The translations under genes and the position numbers were made by a program. A stretch of 30,707 nucleotides of DNA from a virus: IMG/VR virus record IMGVR_UViG_3300045988_168250, positions 1 through 30,707 of that record; one strand, written 5' to 3'. Of the stretch, positions 1-8,709 are shown in pieces. How positions within the stretch are numbered: the stretch's first letter is position 1; each line of letters begins with the position of its first letter. Below the pieces are notes generated by a model that was given only the letters and a program-made list of their open reading frames with translations, ran no database searches and was not told the DNA's origin.

Positions 1-2102
1 AGGAAAGACACAATCTGCGCGGCAATCTCCACAATGGTCGTGACCATCGGCACCAACGCGCCGACCACAGTAGACACCATGCCGATGAAAGCTTCACCAA
101 TCTGGACGAGCACGGGGATGACCGCGGCGACAATCGGCTGGACCATCGTCACGAGGCCCTGGAAAATCTGGGCCAGCGAATTGCGGAAAGGCTCACTAGA
201 TGCGAGCGCGGTCACAAACGCGGCCACGAGCAGACCGATACCGGCGACCACCGCGAGCACCGGGGCCGATAGGCCCGCGAGGACGCCAGCGACAGCGCCG
301 ATGACCGGGATAATCGCGCCCACCACGGAGGCAATTGTGCCGATGATTGACACGACGGTGCCGATGACCGGGGCGAGCTGTGCCATTGCGCCGACCACCG
401 CGATGATAGTCGCCGTCAGCTGGGGGTTATTGCGCATGAATTCGGCAATTTGCTTCACGACGTCCGCGATGACGGGGAGGATGACCTTCAGCGCCTCGGA
501 CAGTCCCTTGGCGAGCTCATCGACCACCGGGGCGAGCGATTGCTTAAAATCTGCGAAAGCGGGGGACAGGCCCTGCGCGATTTGGGTGACGAGCGGCGCA
601 ATTGCCTTCACAATGTCGCCGACGGCTCCGAGCAGTGCGCCGACCGAGGGGGCGACCGCCGCGAACGCGGGCGCGAGGGAGATAGCCGCCTGGACAATGC
701 CGTCGAGCAGCTTGCCTACGCCGTCCGCGATAGCGGGGTTGCGCAGGGCGTTAGCCAGACCATCCATGAGGATGGAGATAGCCGTACCGGCCTTCTCCAT
801 CGACCGTGCGATGACCGGGGCGAGCGCCTCGAACGTCTTAGTGAGGGCGCCCACACCAGGCTCGAGAGCCTTGATTGCGTTAAATGCGCCCGTGAATACG
901 GTGGTGAGTGCCCCCTGGAACGCGGGGCCATTCACGATGCCGTTTAGTGCGCCGAGCGCGGTCGCCAGGCCGGCGAGACCACCACCACCGGCGGCCTCCG
1001 CCGCCTTCGCGACACCGTTGATGATGCCGGCCACAGACCCGAGAGCAGAGGCGAAGAGCTTGGCGTTTGTGATGCCCCTCTCAATGAGCTCATAGATTTT
1101 TCCGGAGGCCTCAGCCTGTTCCACCCAGTCACGGAAAGACGTCGCAATCTGCGCGAAGGCCGCGGCCATGCGCGGCAGATAGGTGCCGCCGACAGCGCCG
1201 ATACGGACGATAGCCTCAGCGAGTGGGGCCGCCGCCGTGGACGCAATTTGAAAAGATTCACGGAGCGGCTCGAAGAGCTTTGCCATGCCGCCGACCGCGA
1301 TCATGCCATTTGAAATGCCCTGGAAAAATTCGCCCCAAAATTTACCGGCGATAGGGCCAAAAGCCACATATTGCTTGAGGAACGGGTCGAACGCATTTTC
1401 TACGAACGCGGCGAGGCCGCCGCGCGCTTCATCCCAGAAAGCGCGGCCAAATGCCAAGCGCACATCACGGATGGTGTCCATGATTTTGCCCTCGCCGCCG
1501 TAGAATTTGCCGAGCTCCAGGTGGATATTCTGGAGGCCGTCAGCAGACGCGGCCAGGCCCACGACGAAACCGGACAGGATGCCGGGCAGGGCGAGGCCCG
1601 CGCCCGCGACCTGAGTTAGCGAGACTGCGAGCATCGCGGCATTGCCTGCCGTGGCAGACATCACAGCGCCCATAGCGGCGACACGAGTAGCCGCGAGAGA
1701 CGCCGACACCGCAATCTTATCGAAATTGCCGGCCAGATTCTTGGCGTGCTCGACCGCACCGGCGGCAATATTGCCGCCCGAGAGAGAGGCCAGACCCGCA
1801 CGCGCCGCATCGAGGCCCTTGAGGAGGACGCGGACCTCGGCGGTACGCGGGCGAGTCAGCACGCCCAGTGCCGCCGAGGCCGCGCGGGTTTTAGCGTCCA
1901 CCGTCACATGGGTTTTCAGGTCGCGGCCAATCGTCGCGAGACGCGAGCGCGTCGCCGCGAGCGATGCCTGGTCCACCTGCGCGTGGACCGCTGCCTTTAC
2001 GTCCAGGCCCTTCTCAATCGAGGCGAGCTTGGAGCGCAGCTCGGACTTGAACCGCGACGTGTCGGGGTAGACACGAATCGACAGCTTGCCGATATTCGCC
2101 AT
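1..2102 (-). CDS. Tape measure protein, N-terminal part. The gene runs off the window start and continues at 30707-29752 because the contig is circular, giving about 1005 aa in total. ATG at 2102-2100, RBS GAGAGGAAC upstream.
   Basis: Minus frame (codon top position = 2 mod 3) is open from 2102 to position 1 and in phase with ORF 29752..30699. Translation is Ala/Gly/Ile/Val-rich with repeated hydrophobic segments, typical of tape measure proteins. It lies between the tail chaperones and Dit. The plus ORF 34..1095 is its antisense shadow. Confidence 0.85.
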   Translation of the reverse strand, partial: MANIGKLSIRVYPDTSRFKSELRSKLASIEKGLDVKAAVHAQVDQASLAATRSRLATIGRDLKTHVTVDAKTRAASAALGVLTRPRTAEVRVLLKGLDAARAGLASLSGGNIAAGAVEHAKNLAGNFDKIAVSASLAATRVAAMGAVMSATAGNAAMLAVSLTQVAGAGLALPGILSGFVVGLAASADGLQNIHLELGKFYGGEGKIMDTIRDVRLAFGRAFWDEARGGLAAFVENAFDPFLKQYVAFGPIAGKFWGEFFQGISNGMIAVGGMAKLFEPLRESFQIASTAAAPLAEAIVRIGAVGGTYLPRMAAAFAQIATSFRDWVEQAEASGKIYELIERGITNAKLFASALGSVAGIINGVAKAAEAAGGGGLAGLATALGALNGIVNGPAFQGALTTVFTGAFNAIKALEPGVGALTKTFEALAPVIARSMEKAGTAISILMDGLANALRNPAIADGVGKLLDGIVQAAISLAPAFAAVAPSVGALLGAVGDIVKAIAPLVTQIAQGLSPAFADFKQSLAPVVDELAKGLSEALKVILPVIADVVKQIAEFMRNNPQLTATIIAVVGAMAQLAPVIGTVVSIIGTIASVVGAIIPVIGAVAGVLAGLSAPVLAVVAGIGLLVAAFVTALASSEPFRNSLAQIFQGLVTMVQPIVAAVIPVLVQIGEAFIGMVSTVVGALVPMVTTIVEIAAQIVSF

Positions 2103-2124
2103 GTGACGTTCCTCTCTACTGTAA

Positions 2125-2514
2125 TTACAGGCCGGGCGGGAATAGCTTAGACAAGTCCATCTGCGCGACCGGGGTGCCGGCACGGGGCCGGCGGCCCTTC
2201 CGCACGACCCTGGGAGCCTCGATACGCTCCGACGCCCGCAACTTCTTGCCCTTCACCTGGGTATTCGTGGCGTTAGCGATAGCGGCGAGAATCATCCTAT
2301 CTAGCCCCCATCCGAAATGGTCATCTCCGCCCAGGTTATCGGCGCGCCATAGGCTCCGCTCCTCATGCGGGATGCGGTCCAGCAGCGCCTCCAAGGGGCG
2401 GATATCTGAGACCCAAATCATAGTGAGCGGGTTCACATGGTAGAGCGCAATGAAATCTCCGATGAGGGACGGAGACTCATCGAACAGGCGTTCTAGTTCG
2501 CTCCTTTTCCCAGT
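2125..2514 (-). CDS. T-frame extension of the tail assembly chaperone. It would be expressed as a G-T fusion of about 235 aa through a -1 programmed frameshift at G GGA AAA (2511-2505). Stop at 2127-2125.
   Basis: The minus frame (0 mod 3) is open from 2514 to 2125 and overlaps the last 7 codons of G. The heptamer GGGAAAA sits in the X XXY YYZ register of the G frame, like the lambda G-T site GGGAAAG. Confidence 0.6.
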   Translation of the reverse strand, partial: TGKRSELERLFDESPSLIGDFIALYHVNPLTMIWVSDIRPLEALLDRIPHEERSLWRADNLGGDDHFGWGLDRMILAAIANATNTQVKGKKLRASERIEAPRVVRKGRRPRAGTPVAQMDLSKLFPPGL

Positions 2515-2837
2515 TCACCAGCAAAAGCGACGCAGGCCTCCAGCGCATCGGTCATGTGTGCCGCGTTCCACAGCTCGCGGCGCCACACGTCCATGTCCAC
2601 GATGAAACGCTCATCAGACACGACGCGGGCGACAGCCTTCACTGATGCGATGTTGGCCTCTTCACCCTCGACGTCCATGCCATCCAGCGCTTCGACCACA
2701 TCGAGCGCGTCCAGGGGGTCGATTTCCTCCAGAGGCTTGAAATACTTAGCCGCCGGCAAGTCCTTCAGACGCTTAATTTCCTGCTTCTTCAGGCGGTCAG
2801 TCGGGGTCTTGCGGGCAGCGGGAGCCTTGGTAGCCAT
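2493..2837 (-). CDS. Tail assembly chaperone, G-like, 114 aa. ATG 2837, RBS AAGGAGAC, stop TAG 2495-2493.
   Basis: Small acidic protein sited between the major tail protein and the tape measure gene. A strong SD is present. The N-terminal Met of track ORF 2493..2888 is internal at 2837. Confidence 0.7.
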   Translation of the reverse strand: MATKAPAARKTPTDRLKKQEIKRLKDLPAAKYFKPLEEIDPLDALDVVEALDGMDVEGEEANIASVKAVARVVSDERFIVDMDVWRRELWNAAHMTDALEACVAFAGELGKGAN

Positions 2838-2850
2838 TGGGTGTCTCCTT

Positions 2851-2894
2851 AAAAAATAATGGGTGCCAGTGACAAAAATCACTAGCACCCATTA
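2851..2894 (-). terminator. Rho-independent terminator after the major tail protein gene. A 10-bp stem (taatgggtgc/gcacccatta) with an inner 5-bp stem is followed on the minus strand by TTTTTT, directly before the chaperone RBS.
   Basis: Perfect inverted repeat 2857-2866 / 2885-2894. Plus-strand A6 at 2851-2856 gives a U6 on the minus transcript. Confidence 0.7.
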
Positions 2895-2910
2895 TAGCGC
2901 GACACGACGA

Positions 2911-3501
2911 CTAGGCGTGCTCGCCAACCACGCCCGCAGCTACAGCGCCACCAGAGCGCGGACGCGGGTACAAAATCTTGTGCAGACGGCCCTGACTATC
3001 ACGCTCAGCCGTGACCTTAATCGCAATCGAATTGTAATTCTCCAGGTCCCACTTCGGCAGGCCAGAAATAGCCATCTCACCCGCGTAGATAATCAGGCCG
3101 GTCAGCATAGCGCCGTCCTCCACAATGATAATGATTGCCCACTGAGTCGTGGTAGTGGAGGAAGTGGTCACATAGCCGTCAGCCTCGCGGATACCGCCGG
3201 CGGTCAGCATCTCAAAAAGTGCCTTCGACGGGGCCACACTGGTAATGGTGCCGGTGACCTTAGCACCCGACCGGGCGTTCTTGCGGTCCCAAGTGCGCTT
3301 CGCCGAGTCCTTGTCGCTATCCTCCTCGAATTCGGGGAGGCTATCGGCCGAGGTGTCGCCAATCCACTTCCAAGCGCCCAGGTCCTCGCCGTCGAACTTG
3401 TAATTGTCGAAGTTCGGCTGCGCGGTACCGACCGGCGCGATGTAGATGTGGCCCAGCGCGCCGATAGTCATGTTGTCGAGAGATTCCGTGAGCTTGCTCA
3501 T
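2911..3501 (-). CDS. Major tail protein, 196 aa.
   Basis: ORF 2911..3501. Ser/Thr-rich C-terminal region. Lies upstream of chaperone-TMP. RBS GGAAGGGTG. A terminator follows immediately, consistent with high expression. Confidence 0.7.
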   Translation of the reverse strand: MSKLTESLDNMTIGALGHIYIAPVGTAQPNFDNYKFDGEDLGAWKWIGDTSADSLPEFEEDSDKDSAKRTWDRKNARSGAKVTGTITSVAPSKALFEMLTAGGIREADGYVTTSSTTTTQWAIIIIVEDGAMLTGLIIYAGEMAISGLPKWDLENYNSIAIKVTAERDSQGRLHKILYPRPRSGGAVAAGVVGEHA

Positions 3502-3513
3502 AGAACACCCTTC

Positions 3514-3933
3514 CTACTCATTGGCCGGGGATTTAGCCCGGCACACAATTTCAACCGCCGTCGAGTACTGAAAAATCGACGACTTCTCATATTTGTGCGC
3601 GGCAAGGTGGGGGACGGTGCTGACGGTGACGCGCGAAATCCACCCGGTATCGGTCACCCTGTGCACCGAATCCTCTAGCATCCTAAGCGCCTCCTGACAG
3701 AGGGCCGCCGCCGCCGCGCGCTCACCCGCAATAGCGTTCAGAGTGAGCACCGACACAACCCCATACCGGGCGTGCGGGGAGTTCCCACTGAAAACCTGCG
3801 GCGGGGCCTGCTCCACGATGAGAGCCGGTAGACGGCGCAGAAAATCAGACGGAGCCTGAAAATACAGCCGCCCAGGCAGCCCAGCGAGACGCTCCTCCAC
3901 CAGAGCGAGCGGGTCGATAGTGTCCAAAATCAC
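3514..3933 (-). CDS. Tail completion / tail terminator-like protein, about 139 aa. GTG start at 3933 overlaps the upstream TGA as GTGA.
   Basis: Part of track ORF 3514..4020. The start is placed at the GTG overlapping the upstream stop, following the coupling pattern used through this block. Position is immediately 5' of the major tail gene. Confidence 0.5.
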   Translation of the reverse strand: MILDTIDPLALVEERLAGLPGRLYFQAPSDFLRRLPALIVEQAPPQVFSGNSPHARYGVVSVLTLNAIAGERAAAAALCQEALRMLEDSVHRVTDTGWISRVTVSTVPHLAAHKYEKSSIFQYSTAVEIVCRAKSPANE

Positions 3934-4277
3934 GCACCCCCAAATCGTCCACGCAAAAGTGCGCGCGTAAAAACGTACTTCCCGGGCTCCCACCGACCGG
4001 ACGGGGTGATGAACCCCCATTCGATGATGTGAGCTTGCGGGTCTGTGGTGTACACCACATAGTCAGTCACACCGCGCGTGGTGCGCGTCGGCTGCATCCT
4101 GATGCTCGACGCATAATGACCGGTCGGCACGTGCTCCACCTCGGAGTACATGCGCGCCACCTCAGACTCCACGAGCGCGAGCGCTTTACCCGCCTGCGCA
4201 CGATACGCAGGATGCGCACTAGCCGCGCGAGCGGCTAGGAGCTCAACATTATTCTTCAGGTACAGGCGGCTACTCAT
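3930..4277 (-). CDS. Head-tail connector protein, HK97 gp10-like, 115 aa.
   Basis: ORF 3930..4277. The C-terminal HIIEWGF...P motif resembles HK97 gp10 family ends. ATGA overlap with the upstream gene. Confidence 0.45.
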   Translation of the reverse strand: MSSRLYLKNNVELLAARAASAHPAYRAQAGKALALVESEVARMYSEVEHVPTGHYASSIRMQPTRTTRGVTDYVVYTTDPQAHIIEWGFITPSGRWEPGKYVFTRALLRGRFGGA

Positions 4278-4627
4278 CGGACCTCACTAGACGGGTCCAC
4301 GATAATGATTTTCACGTGTGCGGTGCGTGGTGACATGGACGACACGAGGGCGTCGCCGCGCTGCTCAAAGACCCGGCCCATCCAGGTCACGCGGCTGTAC
4401 GGCCCCCCGGGCCAGCCTATGCCACCATGCTCGCCGGGGAAATATTTCACCCGGTACGCGGTGACGGTGCTCACTCCCATGTCCTGAGCCTCCTCAGCTG
4501 AGACAGGCTGGACATTGCACCTCACCGTGACCGGATCCCCGTGCCCCTCCGGCCCATACGGGCCCTCAGAAGCCACAATAGGTGTGACGGTCACCTCATG
4601 GACACCGCGGCGCAGACGACTCATCAT
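4274..4627 (-). CDS. Head-tail joining (head closure) protein, about 117 aa. Starts at the tandem ATG ATG 4627/4624, overlapping the upstream TGA.
   Basis: Track ORF 4274..4696 trimmed to the ATG overlapping the stop of 4624..5124. Position in the head-tail module. Confidence 0.5.
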   Translation of the reverse strand: MMSRLRRGVHEVTVTPIVASEGPYGPEGHGDPVTVRCNVQPVSAEEAQDMGVSTVTAYRVKYFPGEHGGIGWPGGPYSRVTWMGRVFEQRGDALVSSMSPRTAHVKIIIVDPSSEVR

Positions 4628-5124
4628 GCACCGCCATTCCACGTGGTGGACTCCGACCACGAGCCGCGGCCCGGCCACCCATATTGGAACGCCCACGGGG
4701 GCGGAACCTCACGGGCACCGGGGCCGCCGTACCGCTGAGCGGCATAGCCGTCAGTCACCGGGCCGACAGACCGATAGCGGCCACCATCGAGCACGCGGGC
4801 GAGCTCGTCCATATCCGAGCGGAGCACGTCCAGGCGGGCAGACGCGGCCAAAAAATTCAGCTCGTACCGGTACCCGTCCTCCGTCTCGGACTTGTACAGG
4901 CCTCCGGACTCGTCACGCAGGACGCGGGCCACGGACTCCGCCTCCACCTGGGAGACGATGCCGCGAGCCACACTATCCAGCGCTACCAGCTCCGACAGAT
5001 TACGCCACCGCGCCTTGATGCGGAGCTCCACACGGTCCAAAAGCTTCTCGACGACGCGTGCGTCACCCTCCGCAATTGGACGACGCAGAGCCACCTCAAC
5101 ATCATTCACTGTGGCGATAGCCAT
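4624..5124 (-). CDS. Head-tail adaptor protein, 166 aa.
   Basis: ORF 4624..5124, immediately downstream of the major capsid gene on the same strand. Confidence 0.5.
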   Translation of the reverse strand: MAIATVNDVEVALRRPIAEGDARVVEKLLDRVELRIKARWRNLSELVALDSVARGIVSQVEAESVARVLRDESGGLYKSETEDGYRYELNFLAASARLDVLRSDMDELARVLDGGRYRSVGPVTDGYAAQRYGGPGAREVPPPWAFQYGWPGRGSWSESTTWNGGA

Positions 5125-5125
5125 G

Positions 5126-6055
5126 CTACTTTACCTTGTCCTCGAGCGCGAAGAACGCGTTAGTGTCCGCAATTGCCCAGCCGAAGGACGCCTCACACAG
5201 CAGGGCCTCCTGGTTGGTCTGGAAAAGCGAGGTAGTGGTAGCGCCGTCAGTGATGGACGCCTCACTCGAGTAGCGGAAAGTAATTTCATTCGCAAAGCCG
5301 TAGACCAGCTGAGACCAGTCACCACCAATCGCGCGGACCTTAGTGTCCGCGTTGGTGCCTACCTGGCCGGAGACCACGTCGCCGTATGCGGTGGGCAGAC
5401 CGAAGACCTTGCCCATGTCGTCGGTCAGGTCAAGGCTGGACTGGTAAATCGGGCGGCCGTTAGTGTCGGTCGCGCCCATGAGCTCAAGACGCAGGGAATC
5501 ATCCGCGGCCAAGCCGTTCACGCGGTAGCCCAGGCGCGCATCCTGGACGGCCTTAATACCGGCGATGATATCGCCGGAAATGCCGCCCTTAGCCTGCGCG
5601 GTGGTGCCCAGCTCGACGCGCTTAGTGGTCTGGTTCACAAACTCAACGCCGGGGATAGCCTGGCCGTTGGTGGACTTGCCGTGGAGCACTGCGAGGTCGA
5701 AAGCGCGGGTAATTGCGCCGGCGAGCTGCTGCTGAATGATGCCCTCCAGGCCGAGCTTGTCGGCCTTGGCCAGCTCTTCGGACCAGGTGATGATTGCCGC
5801 GACCTTGATGGGGCGCAGAATCTTCGAGGACAGGCCGAATGAGGTGACGGGCTTCATGCCAGCTTCGCCCACGACGCCAGCCTCCGGGCGGGAGGTCTGG
5901 ACAGCGACGGACGAGCCGGTGAGCGGGAGTGCCAGCTGGTCACCGGCGAGCTTCTTCACGACCGAATCCTGCACGGCCTTGGTAATGACCTTGCTAGAGA
6001 ATTCGGGCGGGAAAATGTTAGTGTTCTTGAGCGAATCAAGGGTCAGAGAAGCCAT
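5126..6055 (-). CDS. Major capsid protein (HK97 fold), 309 aa.
   Basis: ORF 5126..6055. Very strong RBS AAGGAAGGAG. Composition is typical of HK97-like MCPs (Gly/Ala/Thr-rich with a conserved central segment). Flanked by scaffold and head-tail genes. Confidence 0.8.
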   Translation of the reverse strand: MASLTLDSLKNTNIFPPEFSSKVITKAVQDSVVKKLAGDQLALPLTGSSVAVQTSRPEAGVVGEAGMKPVTSFGLSSKILRPIKVAAIITWSEELAKADKLGLEGIIQQQLAGAITRAFDLAVLHGKSTNGQAIPGVEFVNQTTKRVELGTTAQAKGGISGDIIAGIKAVQDARLGYRVNGLAADDSLRLELMGATDTNGRPIYQSSLDLTDDMGKVFGLPTAYGDVVSGQVGTNADTKVRAIGGDWSQLVYGFANEITFRYSSEASITDGATTTSLFQTNQEALLCEASFGWAIADTNAFFALEDKVK

Positions 6056-6072
6056 TTTTTAGCTCCTTCCTT

Positions 6073-6609
6073 CTAGTGTCGGTTGCCGCGCACGGCGTCG
6101 AGCCATGACAGGGCAGTGTTTGCGGGCGTGGGCTCGGACGCCTGCGCCGGGTTAGGGGGAACCTCACGAGAAACCGGAGCCGCCCCGATAGACTCGCGGA
6201 GCTTAACCACGTTAGCCTCCACCTCATCAGCAGTGGAGCCGGCCACCACAGATGCGAGGTCCAGCGACAGGCCGGCGGCGGCGAGCGCGCGGAGCTTAGC
6301 GTTCTCAACCTGCGCGGCGGCTAGTTTTGCCGCGTAGTCGTGCTCCGGTTCAGCGGGCTGGGCCGGTTCGGGCTCCGGTTCGGGCTCCGGTTCAGGTTCA
6401 GGGGCCTGGGCGGCAGCGAGGTCCTCGCTCAGCTTTGCCTTGTCCGCACGCAGTGCCGAGTTGTCGGCACGCAGATTCTGAATCAGGTTCCACGCAATCT
6501 CGGGGTTGAATTCCTCCCCGTCGCGTTCCCACGGGGGGATAGCGGCGGGGGTGGTTTCGGTGGTTTCGGGTGCCGCCTCCTGGGCGGCCTGGGTAGTGGT
6601 ATCAGCCAC
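6073..6609 (-). CDS. Scaffolding protein, 178 aa, with coiled coil and a (Pro-Glu)7 repeat. GTG start, RBS AGGAGG.
   Basis: ORF 6073..6609. Low-complexity helical acidic protein between the MuF and MCP genes. DNA tandem 12-mer at 6343-6404. Confidence 0.7.
   Translation of the reverse strand: MADTTTQAAQEAAPETTETTPAAIPPWERDGEEFNPEIAWNLIQNLRADNSALRADKAKLSEDLAAAQAPEPEPEPEPEPEPAQPAEPEHDYAAKLAAAQVENAKLRALAAAGLSLDLASVVAGSTADEVEANVVKLRESIGAAPVSREVPPNPAQASEPTPANTALSWLDAVRGNRH
6343..6404. repeat. Tandem 12-bp repeat (ccggttcgggct x ~3.5) encoding the PEPEPE tract of the scaffold protein.
   Basis: Visible direct repetition in the sequence. Confidence 0.8.
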
Positions 6610-6625
6610 TTGGTCCTCCTATTTT

Positions 6626-7465
6626 CTAGAGGGGCACGCCGACCGGCGCGCCGCGCTCTTTGAGTGCTTGTTCTAGCCATGCCTGGGCGTTTTTCCCCGG
6701 GTACTTGTCGGGGTGAGCTCTCACATCGTCTATTGTAGCGTGATAGAAATCACGAAGCTGTTCGTATTCGCGGCGGCCGGCCCAGCCCGTCGATTTGTAG
6801 ACCGGCACCACCATGCAGTCGCAGTTATTGTGAAACTTGTCACGCCCTCCCGCGCCGCCCTTGCCGGCGTGATGCGCCGACGAGTAGACAGGCCCACGCG
6901 AGGCGAGCATCACGCAGAAACCGCACGACGTGCGGCCAGTCAGGACGCGCGCCCAGCCGACAGGGTACACGCGGGCTTTGCCGTCCTCTCCCACCGTGCG
7001 GTTGAACGCTTCCGCGGACTGGTGCGGCTCCAATGCTACTGGCTTCACCCCGGTGGGGAATATTTTCTCGGGCGGCATGAAATTTGGGATCACCGGGTCT
7101 GGCACCGCGCGCATCACCTGACGGCGCGCGGCCATGCGGACGTGCCGCGCCAAAATCCCGGCCAGGTATTTGTCGCTCTTGCCGGTGGACTCACGGAAAG
7201 CCTGGACGACCGAGCCCGCACGGTACGGCTCTGGCTCGGGGATGAACGGCTCGACGCTCAGCCCGCGCGCCGCATCACGGAGCATCTGGTCCCCAATCTT
7301 CGCCGCCTCCAGCCGAGCCGACCGGGTAAGCTTCAAAATCTCAGACTCAGCGAGCGCACGCTGAGCCGCATCCGACCTATCCACCGTCGAGAGAATCGTT
7401 AGCACCTGTGGGGTGAACAGCGCCACAATCGACCGGATAGCCGCGGCGTATGCGCTGATTATCAT
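6626..7465 (-). CDS. Minor head / head morphogenesis protein of the MuF and SPP1 gp7 family, 279 aa.
   Basis: Sits directly after portal with an ATGA overlap. The C-terminal motifs TSCGFCVML...G and HNNCDC match the Cys-x2-Cys and HPNCRC signatures of the Phage_Mu_F domain. Confidence 0.7.
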   Translation of the reverse strand: MIISAYAAAIRSIVALFTPQVLTILSTVDRSDAAQRALAESEILKLTRSARLEAAKIGDQMLRDAARGLSVEPFIPEPEPYRAGSVVQAFRESTGKSDKYLAGILARHVRMAARRQVMRAVPDPVIPNFMPPEKIFPTGVKPVALEPHQSAEAFNRTVGEDGKARVYPVGWARVLTGRTSCGFCVMLASRGPVYSSAHHAGKGGAGGRDKFHNNCDCMVVPVYKSTGWAGRREYEQLRDFYHATIDDVRAHPDKYPGKNAQAWLEQALKERGAPVGVPL

Positions 7466-8709
7466 TCGACGCCCTCACCGAGTGCCGCGCGCACCTCAGA
7501 ATCGTGCGAGTCCTCGCGCTTCGCCTGCTCAGGCGACAGGCCCAGGAATTCGCGTGCCGTCTGCGAGGTGATGACACCCTGCGCCTGCGCCTGCAGCATC
7601 AGCGCATTGCGGGAGCTGATAGACGCCACGGCGGGGTCACGCCAACGCGCCTCCAAAGTCTCCAACCCCTCAACCTTCACGCCTGCCATCTGCAACACCA
7701 TGCGCGCAATCTCCTCAACCGCGTCACCGAAAAGATGCTGCTTCAGCTCGGCGCGGGAAATCAGGCCGTCCTTAGCGGCACGCATAGCCTCCGCACTCGT
7801 AGGATTCGAGTCCGAGCTAACACCCATCATGGACGCGGGGATGCCCGTCATCGCCGAGACCTGCGCGGCGTACAGCTTGAAGCTGCTGATAATTTGCTGG
7901 AGGTCAGCGCCGGGGATAGACCCAGCCTGCGACCCAGACGGGCCAACCAGCAGGTGACCGAAATGAGCCTCCAACCGCGCCAGGCCGGGGTGCAGACCGT
8001 CGCCGGTGAATTGGTCGGCAACGCCGTCACCGAAAAGATAGCGCGTGGGCATGGCGAGGAGCTCCTGCGCAATCTGGAGGTTGGTCAGCGAGCGCGAGGC
8101 GGCATCGCACAGCTCGATGATGTCCTCAACCTCGGAGGTGCCGCCGCCACCGATGCGGGTGCGGTTTACCACCTCCACGATAGGCACACCGGGGTAGGTG
8201 GACGAGTAGTCGTGCTCCTCGATGAGGGTCTCTTCCCCCCCGTCCACCGCATACACCTTCAGGTGGCCGGGGGTGTAGACTGCCTTCTGCTCCACGCCGC
8301 CGCGCGTATAGGTCTGCACCGCCTCGATAATCGTCCCGAAAATATCGCGCTTCACCACGATATCGCGGCCACGATGCGCAGACAGGCGCGGGATGTTCGA
8401 GCCGGGCATAACCGAGCCGCCGGCCACTACCCAGGCGTGGCCGGTCACCAGCGCCTCAGTCAGCGTCAGCGTCAGCAGTGAATCGAAATTATTCGCCTGG
8501 AGGATGCGGTGGAGCTCGTGGGGGACCTCACCACCAGCCATAGTGAACCCCTCTAGCACGAGCGAGCGCACCAGCACATCCACGGTCAGCTTGGGCCAGC
8601 GCACTGGCATCTCCAGAACACGCACATTTGGCGGCAGGGACACGCCGATAGCGTCTAGCCGGCGCCGGCCCTCGTAGTACGCCTCGTAATCCTCTACAGT
8701 ACGAGCCAC
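7462..8709 (-). CDS. Portal protein, 415 aa. GTG start, RBS AAGGAG.
   Basis: Size, position after the large terminase and composition are consistent with SPP1 gp6-type portals. Confidence 0.8.
   Translation of the reverse strand: MARTVEDYEAYYEGRRRLDAIGVSLPPNVRVLEMPVRWPKLTVDVLVRSLVLEGFTMAGGEVPHELHRILQANNFDSLLTLTLTEALVTGHAWVVAGGSVMPGSNIPRLSAHRGRDIVVKRDIFGTIIEAVQTYTRGGVEQKAVYTPGHLKVYAVDGGEETLIEEHDYSSTYPGVPIVEVVNRTRIGGGGTSEVEDIIELCDAASRSLTNLQIAQELLAMPTRYLFGDGVADQFTGDGLHPGLARLEAHFGHLLVGPSGSQAGSIPGADLQQIISSFKLYAAQVSAMTGIPASMMGVSSDSNPTSAEAMRAAKDGLISRAELKQHLFGDAVEEIARMVLQMAGVKVEGLETLEARWRDPAVASISSRNALMLQAQAQGVITSQTAREFLGLSPEQAKREDSHDSEVRAALGEGVE

Noticed and set aside
34-1095. 353-aa plus-strand ORF (MVVTIGTNAPTT...) plus ORFs 450..947, 1642..2070 and 1746..2150
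   Set aside because: These are antisense or frame shadows of the minus-strand tape measure gene in high-GC DNA. The products are low-complexity (Ala/Thr/Pro/Arg-rich) with no RBS. The minus frame is continuous and protein-like.
4892-5842. 316-aa plus-strand ORF opposite the major capsid gene, and likewise 7504..8481 opposite portal, 2863..3678 and 13359..13988
   Set aside because: Long antisense ORFs are expected at this GC content. They have Arg/Ala/Gly-rich junk composition, no ribosome-binding sites, and they overlap well-supported genes.
6626-7465. Possible toxin (ADP-ribosyltransferase-like R / S-T-S / E-x-E) reading of the MuF-like protein C-terminus
   Set aside because: The Cys-x2-Cys and HNNCDC motifs are the ordinary conserved Phage_Mu_F (SPP1 gp7) signature. 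The protein is only 279 aa, with no extra C-terminal domain that could house a toxin.
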